From sequence record PP488543.1: a DNA stretch of 64,000 nt; one strand, written 5' to 3'. The notes beneath the pieces are model-generated. The model searched no databases and was not told where the DNA came from. It worked only from the letters and a program-made list of their open reading frames with translations. The position numbers and the translations under genes are program-made. The DNA is from Escherichia phage BP9. Shown here in pieces: positions 8,760-18,414 of the stretch (its first letter is position 1; each line of letters opens with the position of its first letter).

Positions 8760-11053
8760 TACGGATCTTCAACTGAACTATCTGCAATCAAAGGATAGTT
8801 CTTTCTGGTTTCATCTTCAGCCTGTTTCTTGGCATGAAGTTCCTCTGCCAAGGAGTCACCAGCACCAACCCTAGAGTTTAAATAATACCATGTCTTCATT
8901 CCGAATTTAGTGGCACGGATAAGGTACCCTAGCTGCTCCTTCATTGAAATTTTACCATCTTTCAACTTGGTGTAGTCTATGTATAAATCCGCGCTGATTG
9001 CCTGACCTGTGAATTTTTGAATCACAGCATACATATCGATCATGTCGTTAGTATCAACGTCCCAAGCCGAAGTGTAATACTCTTTCAACTCATCATAGTC
9101 AGGAACGATAAACAGCACCTGCCCTTGTGGCGACTTTTTAAAGATAATGTGCTCACGGACAGGATAAACCCCGTTAGTGGTGTTTGTTGCCAGCGAAGAG
9201 CTTTCATTAGGCATATATGCTTCAAGAACGCTATTACGTAGCCCACCATTTTCAACGATTTCTTTACGTAACCCTTCCCAATCCTGTTTAAGAGAAGGAT
9301 CTTTCACCACGCTATCGACCTCTTTGTTATAGGTGTCGATTGGTAACCAACCTTCTGGATATTTTGTTTTATGCATCCACTCGCAGACACCACGCTCTTT
9401 TGCCAACCGTAAACTTGCCTTATGCAAGCTGTAGCTGTGAAGTTCTGCAAGATCGTGAACGAGCTGTTTACTTTCAGGAGATCCGTAAGTAACCTTGTGG
9501 CTGGCAATAAAATGTGCAACATTGGTAAGGCCAACCCCGATGGATCTGCGTTTTTTAACTGTGCTTTCCATATTTTCATACGGATATGTCATGATTTCCA
9601 TAACATTGTCAATCATAAGCACCGTATAGTATGCAACATCCTCATACTCCTCTGGAGTAACCCTCCCAGCTACAAGAGATGACAGAAAGCACAATGCAAC
9701 CTCTCCATCATCAGCATCGTACTTGAAGATATTACGCATATCTGAATAGCCTTTTGTCGGGAGGGCTATTTCTGCACACAGGTTACTTGAATAGATCACA
9801 TCTTTAAAAGGTGTATGTCTATTCATCTCATCTGTCCAGTATACATACAGCCTTCCCACCTCAGTACGCTGCGTGATCAGTTCAACAGCAAGATCTCTGG
9901 CCCGGATCCATGTTTTAGGAATACTGTCATCTTTAGCAATACGATCAACCTCTGCATCAAACTCCTCCATAGACATGGTGAAGATACCCTCATGCAGTTG
10001 AGGCGCGTGCTTATAAGAAACAAGCATCCAATCCAAATTCTTAGCCACACGGTTGATAAACGACCTATTAATACCGATGGAGTAGTCCATGGTGTTGATT
10101 CTTTTTGAAGCAACAGTCATAGGGTTTCTCAAACGGATTAGCTCATCAATCTGCGGGTCCAGTGCAAGGAATGATACTGTTGCAGAACCGCCACGTGATT
10201 GTTGTCTGTTCTCCTTAACACCAGCATCAATACCTCGATAATATGGAATCTTACCCATATGTTTAATAGTGTTACCACGAACACCATCGCCTGCAGATCT
10301 TGAGGATAAGTAGTAGCCGATACCTGCCTGGTTAACCGTCATTGTGTACGCAACTTCACGTGCCACACCAATAGATTTTGCTGTATCGTCAGCTTTTATT
10401 ACACAACAAGATGCATACCCTGTCTTACCTGTGCGCAGCCCGTTTAAGTACGGTGTCGGGGCATTGATCTTTAAGTCGGACAGATAAGTGTATAATTTTA
10501 CAACATCGTTGATACGACGTTCTTTCGGCATATTCTTCATTACAGCCATTGCTATCCCCATAAACATCATCTGGGGAGATTCAAACAAGGTGTCTTTAAG
10601 AGTATCCTTGATCCCGTATTTGTCGCGAAACTGTTTAAGGACTGCATAGCCATAACCGAGATCTTTACTGTGATCAATAACAGTGCCTAAAGTGTTTAAC
10701 TCGGTAAAGCTATAACCCATATCCTCCCAATACCCTTTCTCAACCATGTCGTTGTAAAATGATGGTAAGGAAGGGATCTTTGTAAACCCTCCAAAAGCCT
10801 CTTTATAAATCTGACCAATAAGAACACGACCAGCCATACGGGAATGTGCTTCGTCTTTACGGCTAACACAGGAGTCTATAATAGCTTGGTTAACTTCTTT
10901 GGTTGTACATCCATCATACAGTCGTTTGTATGCATCCAGTGCAATATGTGACCAATTGCCGTTACCGTCGTCACCGAAAATAGCTGCCTTATTTAAACGT
11001 TCTGGATCGAATGCCACTTCACATCCGTTACTTTTAATTACCTTGGTGATCAA
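8738..11053 (-). CDS. nrdA: ribonucleotide reductase large (alpha) subunit, class I
   Basis: N-terminal ATP-cone, active-site NLCAEI, C-terminal Cys pair (CESC), 771 aa. Confidence 0.92.
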   Translation of the reverse strand: MITKVIKSNGCEVAFDPERLNKAAIFGDDGNGNWSHIALDAYKRLYDGCTTKEVNQAIIDSCVSRKDEAHSRMAGRVLIGQIYKEAFGGFTKIPSLPSFYNDMVEKGYWEDMGYSFTELNTLGTVIDHSKDLGYGYAVLKQFRDKYGIKDTLKDTLFESPQMMFMGIAMAVMKNMPKERRINDVVKLYTYLSDLKINAPTPYLNGLRTGKTGYASCCVIKADDTAKSIGVAREVAYTMTVNQAGIGYYLSSRSAGDGVRGNTIKHMGKIPYYRGIDAGVKENRQQSRGGSATVSFLALDPQIDELIRLRNPMTVASKRINTMDYSIGINRSFINRVAKNLDWMLVSYKHAPQLHEGIFTMSMEEFDAEVDRIAKDDSIPKTWIRARDLAVELITQRTEVGRLYVYWTDEMNRHTPFKDVIYSSNLCAEIALPTKGYSDMRNIFKYDADDGEVALCFLSSLVAGRVTPEEYEDVAYYTVLMIDNVMEIMTYPYENMESTVKKRRSIGVGLTNVAHFIASHKVTYGSPESKQLVHDLAELHSYSLHKASLRLAKERGVCEWMHKTKYPEGWLPIDTYNKEVDSVVKDPSLKQDWEGLRKEIVENGGLRNSVLEAYMPNESSSLATNTTNGVYPVREHIIFKKSPQGQVLFIVPDYDELKEYYTSAWDVDTNDMIDMYAVIQKFTGQAISADLYIDYTKLKDGKISMKEQLGYLIRATKFGMKTWYYLNSRVGAGDSLAEELHAKKQAEDETRKNYPLIADSSVEDPYCESCAL

Positions 11054-11280
11054 TTTGCTTCCTCCACTTCATTAACGTATTTATCAAGGCAGGTATCAGT
11101 ATCTTGCTGGATAAAGGTATCCTCTTCTACAGAGATATTTATAATTTTACCTGTATACTCGTCATAATAAACATCATCATACATTTTAATATCGTTTGTC
11201 AGACCGTTGAACCAAAGCCAACCAACATATTCTGCCCGACTTGCAAAACCAAGATCCTTCCACTTGGAGTTATGACTCAT
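11050..11280 (-). CDS. hypothetical protein
   Basis: Track ORF 11050..11358; internal ATG at 11280 (MSHNSKWK) has AAGGTGGTG SD and avoids 68-nt overlap with upstream gene. Confidence 0.45.
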   Translation of the reverse strand: MSHNSKWKDLGFASRAEYVGWLWFNGLTNDIKMYDDVYYDEYTGKIINISVEEDTFIQQDTDTCLDKYVNEVEEAN

Positions 11281-11290
11281 CTTCACCACC

Positions 11291-11791
11291 TTAGCTTTCA
11301 ATACCGAATAATTTTTCCAGGCGATGCAGATCTTCAAAATTGAAAGGTTCATCAACAATATGAATATCTTCAGCCTTTTCAGATTGTTTTGTATACTTTC
11401 TTACATTAACACGATCCTCTACAGGGATATCATACGGAAGATCTTGAACAAGCATTGCCTCACCGGGTGCTTTATCTACATCTAAAATATCTACACCGTT
11501 ATACATTTGTGGGTATCTAAAGTCTGCACGCATGACACCAGCAAATACATCTGCCTTTCGATAATGTGTTGGCTTATTTTTGCATCGAACGTTTTTTCCA
11601 CGAAGAACATCGATATTTTTTAAATCAAACCCCACGGCAAAGAGTGCAGCTCGGAGACCGTTTCGTGTGCGAACGTTAAACCCAGGGACGGTAGATAGGA
11701 AATCCAAAGTAACTGAAATAAATGTCTTTTTAGGAATCATAACATTACTCATATCTGTCTCCATTTCTGGCTCACCAACAAAGTGAGCCAT
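11291..11791 (-). CDS. hypothetical protein (166 aa)
   Basis: Track ORF, no motif recognised. Confidence 0.5.
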   Translation of the reverse strand: MAHFVGEPEMETDMSNVMIPKKTFISVTLDFLSTVPGFNVRTRNGLRAALFAVGFDLKNIDVLRGKNVRCKNKPTHYRKADVFAGVMRADFRYPQMYNGVDILDVDKAPGEAMLVQDLPYDIPVEDRVNVRKYTKQSEKAEDIHIVDEPFNFEDLHRLEKLFGIES

Positions 11792-11850
11792 TATTATAGA
11801 TTATCTGATACTATTAGTCAACACAAAAGTTACCTATCGCTGTGATAGGA

Positions 11851-12834
11851 TTAACCTTTCACGAAGTGGTTATTAAGCAGTTGTCTGTGCTGAACCCACC
11901 CACAAAAGTTGGCAGACCAGAATTTACCATCACGGTCTTGATGGGTTACACCTTCCTGCCAAACACAGCTGTCTTGTGTGATTTCACATGAAGATAGATA
12001 GTAGTTTAAACGTTCCATTGCGTTATCGTGATCCATAGGTGTTGCCTGGTGCTCGTAAGGGCTTGCATGAATACGATCCCCACCAATCAATTTCTTAGCC
12101 ACACTGTCTGCCTTTTCAAACGTGCTGTCAATATTTCGATAAGATACTTGTGCACAGCAACTGGCACTGATAGACAGAGCTTCTTTAGTATCGAGGATGC
12201 AGAGCTTTCCTTCTGTGTCACGTACAGCGTAGTTAAACTCTCCGTCCAAATAAACGTGCTCTACATATGGGGTGTGCCATTGACCCGGTTTAAGGATCTC
12301 AGGGGTGCTATTCACAAGAGCTTCCCACATGCAATTAGCCAACATCTGAATCGTAGGATCCGCATCGTGCCAGCAACGGAGGTGGAAAAAATTATTCCAC
12401 TCGGTGCTTGTTACAACTGTTTTCATGCGTTGAAAAGGCTCCACTAAGCGGTTACATACTTGCTTATGGTAACCAGCAAGGGCGAACTTCTCTGCATGCC
12501 AAGCGGCGTTTTTTGCAGCTTCTTTCCAAAATTCTTCAGGAGTTAACTCCATGTCAGTGTACTCTACACGGATCTTTTGATCGTGTTCCCCACCATCTTC
12601 CATCCCTCGCTTATTTGCACCGAAGCGAACTGGCATTGCAGGATTCTCCACAATCTGTTGCAGCATCTTGCCGACAGGAACTGCACGGGAAGACATGGCG
12701 TTTCGGCTGAATACTCGATGCGTCATAAGCTCTGAGTGAATAATTCGAGGATACTCTAGCTCAAAAGTGGTGATTCGCTTACCTTTCTCGGAAATGCTGT
12801 CAGCAATGATCTTTGCAGTGCACAGTTTTAGCAT
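11851..12834 (-). CDS. possible flavin-dependent thymidylate synthase (ThyX-like)
   Basis: Segment THRVFSRNAMSSR resembles ThyX RHRx7SxR signature; sits in nucleotide-metabolism block; assignment tentative. Confidence 0.45.
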   Translation of the reverse strand: MLKLCTAKIIADSISEKGKRITTFELEYPRIIHSELMTHRVFSRNAMSSRAVPVGKMLQQIVENPAMPVRFGANKRGMEDGGEHDQKIRVEYTDMELTPEEFWKEAAKNAAWHAEKFALAGYHKQVCNRLVEPFQRMKTVVTSTEWNNFFHLRCWHDADPTIQMLANCMWEALVNSTPEILKPGQWHTPYVEHVYLDGEFNYAVRDTEGKLCILDTKEALSISASCCAQVSYRNIDSTFEKADSVAKKLIGGDRIHASPYEHQATPMDHDNAMERLNYYLSSCEITQDSCVWQEGVTHQDRDGKFWSANFCGWVQHRQLLNNHFVKG

Positions 12835-13034
12835 TATTTAGCTCTCCTTGTTTTAATTTTGGAAATTTCGTCTGGGTTTATGTTGGCCTTAAATGCAAGG
12901 TATCTGTTGAACATATCGGAGCACATGTCTTGGGTGATCCTGGAGGCATACACCAGCTTACCTCCCAGATCATACACCTCTAGCCAGTCACCGTATCTGA
13001 CTACAGGATCGCCACCTTTAGAACATCTGCCCAT
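12834..13034 (-). CDS. hypothetical protein (66 aa)
   Basis: Track ORF. Confidence 0.4.
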   Translation of the reverse strand: MGRCSKGGDPVVRYGDWLEVYDLGGKLVYASRITQDMCSDMFNRYLAFKANINPDEISKIKTRRAK

Positions 13035-13035
13035 T

Positions 13036-13629
13036 TCAAATACCTTCTAAAAACTTTCCTATTTTATACCAGCTATTAGCGGTATAGTCAACACTGACCT
13101 TTAACTCCTCGAATTGCTCATAAGGCGTATCTTTTAGGATTTTAATAACTTCAGGTCGTGAAGCGAATTGGTTCAGGTATTCATGCCTGTCGTCAATTAT
13201 AACATCTACAGCCACATTTCCTTTGAAATGTGTGGCGTAGAAGCCGTGACCCTGGGTGTGATCGTCCAGATCCATAAAATCACTGGTCCAACGCTTTAAG
13301 AACCTTGATTTAGATGCAAGGTGACCTTTCTTGCATACCGAGATAAATGCAAGCTTGTGACCACGAGCCACCAAATCTTTCATAACCTCTATAGCCCCCT
13401 CTTCAGGCTTAAGAAAGTCGTAGAGGAACGGATCACTCCAGAAATCAAAAGGTCCTATGATGTTTTCTTTGGGGCGATCAGGCCAATACTTTGACAGATC
13501 GTAATACATCAGACCATTAGAAGGTTTAGCGACTGTCTTACTGGCTGGACCATACAAACGCTCCAACCACTCCCACCATGCTGTTCCTGAATCTACCAGT
13601 GTCAAATCTACATCAATTCCGATTAACAT
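13036..13629 (-). CDS. HAD-superfamily hydrolase, possible 5'-(deoxy)nucleotidase
   Basis: N-terminal DxDxT-type motif GIDVDLT typical of HAD phosphatases. Confidence 0.5.
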   Translation of the reverse strand: MLIGIDVDLTLVDSGTAWWEWLERLYGPASKTVAKPSNGLMYYDLSKYWPDRPKENIIGPFDFWSDPFLYDFLKPEEGAIEVMKDLVARGHKLAFISVCKKGHLASKSRFLKRWTSDFMDLDDHTQGHGFYATHFKGNVAVDVIIDDRHEYLNQFASRPEVIKILKDTPYEQFEELKVSVDYTANSWYKIGKFLEGI

Positions 13630-14240
13630 TCTTCTTTGGCCTCTTTAGCATCAATATACTTGCACACAATCTCCGATGCACATTCCCAAGGTGCACCTTC
13701 AGGGTTTACAACATCAAACTCAATCCCTTTTATTCCGTTCTTTTCCAGACTTAGGTAGGTTCTGGAATCATTTCCCCAGTCATATCCGACACGGTGAATA
13801 CGGAACAACAACAGATCTCCACCTGTGCTGTAGGCGTACTCGCTAAGGCATGCCAGCTCCTCTTTGAAGCCGCCATCGGAGTAAACAACAACCCCTTTAC
13901 CTTTAGGGAAATCTTTCTTCAAAGATTTGACTGTGGCTTTACCGAAAGCATCCTCACCAAAAATAGGTTTAATCAGATTTTCACTACAATGGATCATCCA
14001 TTCTCGCGGAGAGACATGCTTGCCGTCTATCATTAAGAAAGGGCAAGGATCTTCTTTGTAGTGGCGGTCATAAAGTGCATTCCAAAGTTGAGGAGTTACA
14101 CCAGCTGCCTTAATTGCCACACTAAAGAGCATCTCCTTAACCTCACGGTGGTGTGAGTTAGGAATAGCTTCCAACAAGAGATCTGCAATGTGATCCTTGC
14201 CGCTGCTAGGTGGGGCGTTAAGAACAATAATATCCATCAA
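13623..14240 (-). CDS. deoxynucleoside monophosphate kinase-like P-loop protein
   Basis: P-loop NAPPSSGKD near N-terminus, resembling phage dNMP kinases. Confidence 0.55.
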   Translation of the reverse strand: MMDIIVLNAPPSSGKDHIADLLLEAIPNSHHREVKEMLFSVAIKAAGVTPQLWNALYDRHYKEDPCPFLMIDGKHVSPREWMIHCSENLIKPIFGEDAFGKATVKSLKKDFPKGKGVVVYSDGGFKEELACLSEYAYSTGGDLLLFRIHRVGYDWGNDSRTYLSLEKNGIKGIEFDVVNPEGAPWECASEIVCKYIDAKEAKEEC

Positions 14241-14440
14241 AAACCTCCGTGGTATTCTTCAACTGCATCAATAATACTTTTACACTTATCTACCAGCTCG
14301 TTAGCCACTACAGCATCATCTTCCCAAACAGCTTCCTCAATCTGATCAAGCAATGATCGCATCTTACCCATCATTTCTGGGATAAAGTTTTCTGAAAAGC
14401 TGTCTGGAATTGTTAACTTTAGTGTCATTGCGGTCTCCAA
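14237..14440 (-). CDS. hypothetical protein (67 aa)
   Basis: Track ORF. Confidence 0.4.
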   Translation of the reverse strand: METAMTLKLTIPDSFSENFIPEMMGKMRSLLDQIEEAVWEDDAVVANELVDKCKSIIDAVEEYHGGF

Positions 14441-14455
14441 TCATACTATGCGTTA

Positions 14456-14914
14456 TTAGAAGTTTGTTTTTACACGTCCCTTTTCATCAACTTCGTTGTT
14501 AGCTAAAAGCGTTACAAAGTCTGTGAAACGGACATGAAGAACTCTTTTATTATCAAGGTATCCTAAAGCCACCCCTGAGAAATTTAGCATCAAAGGGGCT
14601 AAAGAAGCTTTAGCACTGAAATGCTGTTGTTCTACCCTTCCAACACCCTTAGTATAGGATGGGTTGAGATTGTAAGTTCTGAATCCAAGTTTTGTTGGGG
14701 CTTTAGAATTAAAAACAACTTTGTAGCGTTTCTTACTCAACTTATGCTCCAGGATAAGCATTCCCTTATCGCCCTTGATAAGTTGAAAATCTGTAAAGTG
14801 CTCTTTTAAGACGAAAGGTAGTGCCAGTCCCATCGCCTGCCCCCTTTGTACCGCTGTCTCACCAAAAGCTTTCGCATCAGTGAGTTCTTTGGTCAAGTCT
14901 ATGCTTTTGATCAT
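14456..14914 (-). CDS. hypothetical protein (152 aa)
   Basis: Track ORF. Confidence 0.5.
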   Translation of the reverse strand: MIKSIDLTKELTDAKAFGETAVQRGQAMGLALPFVLKEHFTDFQLIKGDKGMLILEHKLSKKRYKVVFNSKAPTKLGFRTYNLNPSYTKGVGRVEQQHFSAKASLAPLMLNFSGVALGYLDNKRVLHVRFTDFVTLLANNEVDEKGRVKTNF

Positions 14915-15695
14915 ACCTGGTCTCCAAAATGTATTGTAGTTCTTTCTTACCTATACTCTTCATTCCAGCAGTCTTACCTGCTTCTTCTTGAAAAGAAGAA
15001 TAGCATTCAGCAAACACTCTGTCAACACCGTCAACTAAAGATTTTATGAAATATGTCGATTCTTCAGATTTTGGGTCATCATCCCCCAATACTTTTCCAG
15101 CATTATACCCAACACGTCTTACACAGAAGTCGTAGTCATCTGGAGTGCTAAAAGAAAATAACTTATTCTCTCCAATCTCTACAGGATCCCTATTACACGC
15201 CTTTTTCTCCCAAATTTGGAAAACACATGGCACGTCGTAAGGTTTGCCATTAAGTAAAAACGAATTCTTAGGGCACCTTTCGCTGTAGACAAGGTGCATC
15301 GACATGTCCAGTTTGTTTGCAAAAAATATTTTTTCAAATGTCCGTGGCAAGATGAAGGCTATAGCCCCTCCAAGCTCTAGCAATGATGCACAATGGTTGA
15401 AGAATTTGCAAGCTAAAGATGAATTCTTGCCAAATGGTGGGTTACCTATGAAGACATCTGCCTTGGGATGAACCTCCAAGAAGTTTGCCTGAATGCACGG
15501 TGTTGGTCCTTCAAATTCAGGATCTGGTACTAAATCGTACGACAGTATCTCTGAAAATAGTTTTGAAAAAGAACCCCTTCCAGCAGAAGGCTCAACGTAT
15601 GCACAATTCCCATACTTATCTTTTACTTTACCAACAAGATATTCTGCATACTCAGGGTTTGTGTAATATTTGTCGTTGGACTCTTTCTTACTCAA
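14877..15695 (-). CDS. DNA N6-adenine methyltransferase
   Basis: Motifs DKYYTNP, SAM-binding EPSAGRGSF and catalytic GNPPFG. Confidence 0.8.
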   Translation of the reverse strand: MSKKESNDKYYTNPEYAEYLVGKVKDKYGNCAYVEPSAGRGSFSKLFSEILSYDLVPDPEFEGPTPCIQANFLEVHPKADVFIGNPPFGKNSSLACKFFNHCASLLELGGAIAFILPRTFEKIFFANKLDMSMHLVYSERCPKNSFLLNGKPYDVPCVFQIWEKKACNRDPVEIGENKLFSFSTPDDYDFCVRRVGYNAGKVLGDDDPKSEESTYFIKSLVDGVDRVFAECYSSFQEEAGKTAGMKSIGKKELQYILETRYDQKHRLDQRTH

Positions 15696-15739
15696 AGTGC
15701 CTCCAAAAGGAAAGGGAGGCTTGCGCCTCCCTATACTTG

Positions 15740-16723
15740 TTAGATTATCTGAATCAGAGTGTTTTTCATCTCTTCTCGGGTACGGATGTTGTTACGATCA
15801 CGAACAACAGATCCACAACCTTCGCAGCGGTATGTTTTAAATGCACTCAGCTGAGTATATGCCAAAGCTTCTTCCTCGTGAAGGTGTTCTCCACCACAGC
15901 GTGGGCAACGAACCTTTGGCTCCTCGTCCTGGTAGTACAATGACATGTTTGGGTGCTGCTTAGCAAACGGGCGAGCCAGTAAATACAGTCCTTCCAGAGA
16001 TAGGATATCACCAACATTGTACTCCCGCATCTGTTTAAACGCCTCAAGATCGCCGTGAACACACTTGATCCACATTTCAAATGTGTGGTCAATCAGTTTC
16101 TGTCTGGCAAGTTGGAAGTATTTGCATGCATACTCCAAAGTGTTTGCATTCAAACGGAATGCCTTCTTGATCATTTTGAGGGTGTCAACCTCTTTGTATG
16201 GGCTTGTTGGCGGCAACCCGTGAAATGCAAATCGTTGGTTGGCCCACCCACAGTCAAAACCTGAATTGTGGGCTACTGCGACATCACATTTATCCAGATA
16301 ATACCACAAATCCTGAATCAATTCGAGATCATTGTGAATATCTTCGCCCCACATTTTATAATCAGGAAGAGCACAGTCAACCACACTAGGACTGTCTAAC
16401 CACTTACCTGCGAAAGTTAGCATATAGGGCATAACTTCAATACCACAGGTTTGAATGTTGGTCTTATAGTGCCCAAAGAACCAGCCGTTTGTTGGGGATG
16501 TCTCTGTATCATACACCCAAACTTTAGCACCTTTGTGCTCTTCAAGGAAGCGCTCCGTTGCTTCTCCTACAATCTCTGACATATTCTCTTGTGCACGTTT
16601 AAGCTGTAGTCGGATCCAGCTCTCACGTGACTCACGGCCTAAAAATTCACGAGCAATTTGTCTATTAGTGTATCCCTGTTGCTTTAGTGTTAAAATTTGC
16701 TCAAGAGTTAACTTTGTCATCAT
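15740..16723 (-). CDS. DEDD-family 3'-5' exonuclease with N-terminal HTH and C-terminal Zn ribbon
   Basis: Exo motifs VYDTETSP, VAHNSGFD, HGDL..D; CPRCGG...CEGCG. Confidence 0.75.
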   Translation of the reverse strand: MMTKLTLEQILTLKQQGYTNRQIAREFLGRESRESWIRLQLKRAQENMSEIVGEATERFLEEHKGAKVWVYDTETSPTNGWFFGHYKTNIQTCGIEVMPYMLTFAGKWLDSPSVVDCALPDYKMWGEDIHNDLELIQDLWYYLDKCDVAVAHNSGFDCGWANQRFAFHGLPPTSPYKEVDTLKMIKKAFRLNANTLEYACKYFQLARQKLIDHTFEMWIKCVHGDLEAFKQMREYNVGDILSLEGLYLLARPFAKQHPNMSLYYQDEEPKVRCPRCGGEHLHEEEALAYTQLSAFKTYRCEGCGSVVRDRNNIRTREEMKNTLIQII

Positions 16724-16735
16724 CGTTAAGATTCC

Positions 16736-16957
16736 TTAGTAAAACTGAAGAATGTCTTTTAAAGCGAAGTCACGATATTCGCCCTTGTCTACATCGAAGG
16801 CACGCATCAACCACTGCTCTTCTTTATGATACTCTGTAGAGCCAAACCATAAATTAGGCTCAGTAACGCAGCGATCTGCAACAACACCTTTCCAGTTACG
16901 GTATTTCATCCTGATCAGGACTGAGTCGCAAGGATTGAATACCTTTTTCATCCCCAT
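16736..16957 (-). CDS. hypothetical protein (73 aa)
   Basis: Track ORF. Confidence 0.4.
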   Translation of the reverse strand: MGMKKVFNPCDSVLIRMKYRNWKGVVADRCVTEPNLWFGSTEYHKEEQWLMRAFDVDKGEYRDFALKDILQFY

Positions 16958-17501
16958 AGAAATCTCTCTCCTCAGTTTTCTTTATAAACTCCTGCATGTA
17001 GAACTCAATAGCCTCATGCTTGGTGCACTCCGGATTAATGACAAGATTGAGATCTGATTCTGCTCGTGCAATAATCGTAGCTTTAGAGCATCTCCTCAAG
17101 AACTTTGTCATATCATCTCTGTAGTTTTTGTGGAGCGGGAAGTCGCTGTAGTCTTTCTCCAAATAGTCAGCCATCCGGCGCAACGCCTCTGATAAACTGC
17201 AATCTGTATACTCGTTACAGTATTTCATCCAGTATTTAAGCACATACCCCTCAAAGGTATTAGTGCATTGAGACAAAACACCCCTGCAACGACCAGTCAG
17301 ATGATCATGATCTAAACAAGGCTTACGAAGTGGCTCGCACAAGATCGGATCAAGACCATCCTGCTCCTCTGACAATTCTTTTCGAAAGTTGGCTATGTCC
17401 TTAGAATCTTTTAACCACCCGTTATGAACTGGGGCTTTGACAGCTTTCTTTCTTATTTTACGCTTTGCGATAATCCCTCCAGATGAGCCCTGCCTATCCA
17501 A
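16896..17501 (-). CDS. recombination endonuclease VII-like Holliday junction resolvase
   Basis: Signature CLDHDHLTGRCRGVLSQCTN..EG matching T4 gp49 CxxC..HDHxxG..RG..C pattern. Confidence 0.8.
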   Translation of the reverse strand: MDRQGSSGGIIAKRKIRKKAVKAPVHNGWLKDSKDIANFRKELSEEQDGLDPILCEPLRKPCLDHDHLTGRCRGVLSQCTNTFEGYVLKYWMKYCNEYTDCSLSEALRRMADYLEKDYSDFPLHKNYRDDMTKFLRRCSKATIIARAESDLNLVINPECTKHEAIEFYMQEFIKKTEERDFYGDEKGIQSLRLSPDQDEIP

Positions 17502-18082
17502 TAAGCATCTGCGAGATCGGCCTTACCTTGTACCAAATTGATTCCGTCTAGGAACCCAGGTTCAGATACTTCGCAGGCCTTAACCATCAACTTTTTATCC
17601 ATTGTAACAGGTTTCTTCACAGTATGCTCTTTACCTGTCTTTTTGTCAAGCTTTTTCTTCTCCTCAAAAGCAAGTTCTTCAGGAAGATGACTGCGAGCAA
17701 ACTTTTTGGCGGTTGTTGGTGTCACTGTGTGGACCTTAAACAGGCCGTCATTTGCACAATCAGCTAAGGCATCCCAAAGCATAATTTCAAGACCGTAAAA
17801 CAACCCGGCCAGTTCACGTGTGGCATCCCCGCGTGATCCAAAGGAAAGCCCTTCCATAACCACGGTGTCCACTCCGTGCGTGTGGATATAATATCTGACC
17901 TGTTTGCAGATCCAGTCAATACGCTCAGCAGCTGTTGCAAAAGAAACCGTCCCTGGTTTCTTCTCTTTTGCAGATGAGCTTTGAGTTCGTAACACAACCT
18001 TATGAACAGGCTTTCCATCGTCCCATACAACGCAAGCTGTGTGTGTCAACGACTGGTCTATGGATAATAGACGCTCTCTCAT
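17453..18082 (-). CDS. RuvC-fold (RNase H-like) nuclease, possible junction resolvase
   Basis: N-terminal LSIDQS..TACVVWD, VVMEG and C-terminal DLADAYWIG resemble RuvC-fold catalytic segments; tentative. Confidence 0.45.
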   Translation of the reverse strand: MRERLLSIDQSLTHTACVVWDDGKPVHKVVLRTQSSSAKEKKPGTVSFATAAERIDWICKQVRYYIHTHGVDTVVMEGLSFGSRGDATRELAGLFYGLEIMLWDALADCANDGLFKVHTVTPTTAKKFARSHLPEELAFEEKKKLDKKTGKEHTVKKPVTMDKKLMVKACEVSEPGFLDGINLVQGKADLADAYWIGRAHLEGLSQSVK

Positions 18083-18414
18083 ACCCCCTCATCCTCCTCT
18101 CCTTCATCAGGAGCATAAGCCTTATCTTTGAACAAGACGAGAGAGCAAAGCTTAACATCTGTTTCCACACTGGTGAACATGCATAACCGCTCGCCCTCAA
18201 TCAGTTCACAATCCTCTTTTAAAACAGCAGACCATACACGGTCATCTGCGTAATCATCAGTGTACAGGATGTATGAAATGGTGTCATCTTCATACAACCG
18301 CCACATACCTGTGGCAACAACGAATGTATTTTTTGTTTTAAGTGTCCCTGTTGTATGATCATCCTCAAAAACAGCTTCCATAATTGCACTATCTACAGAA
18401 TTTTTAGTCATCAA
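18079..18414 (-). CDS. hypothetical protein (111 aa)
   Basis: Track ORF. Confidence 0.45.
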   Translation of the reverse strand: MMTKNSVDSAIMEAVFEDDHTTGTLKTKNTFVVATGMWRLYEDDTISYILYTDDYADDRVWSAVLKEDCELIEGERLCMFTSVETDVKLCSLVLFKDKAYAPDEGEEDEGV

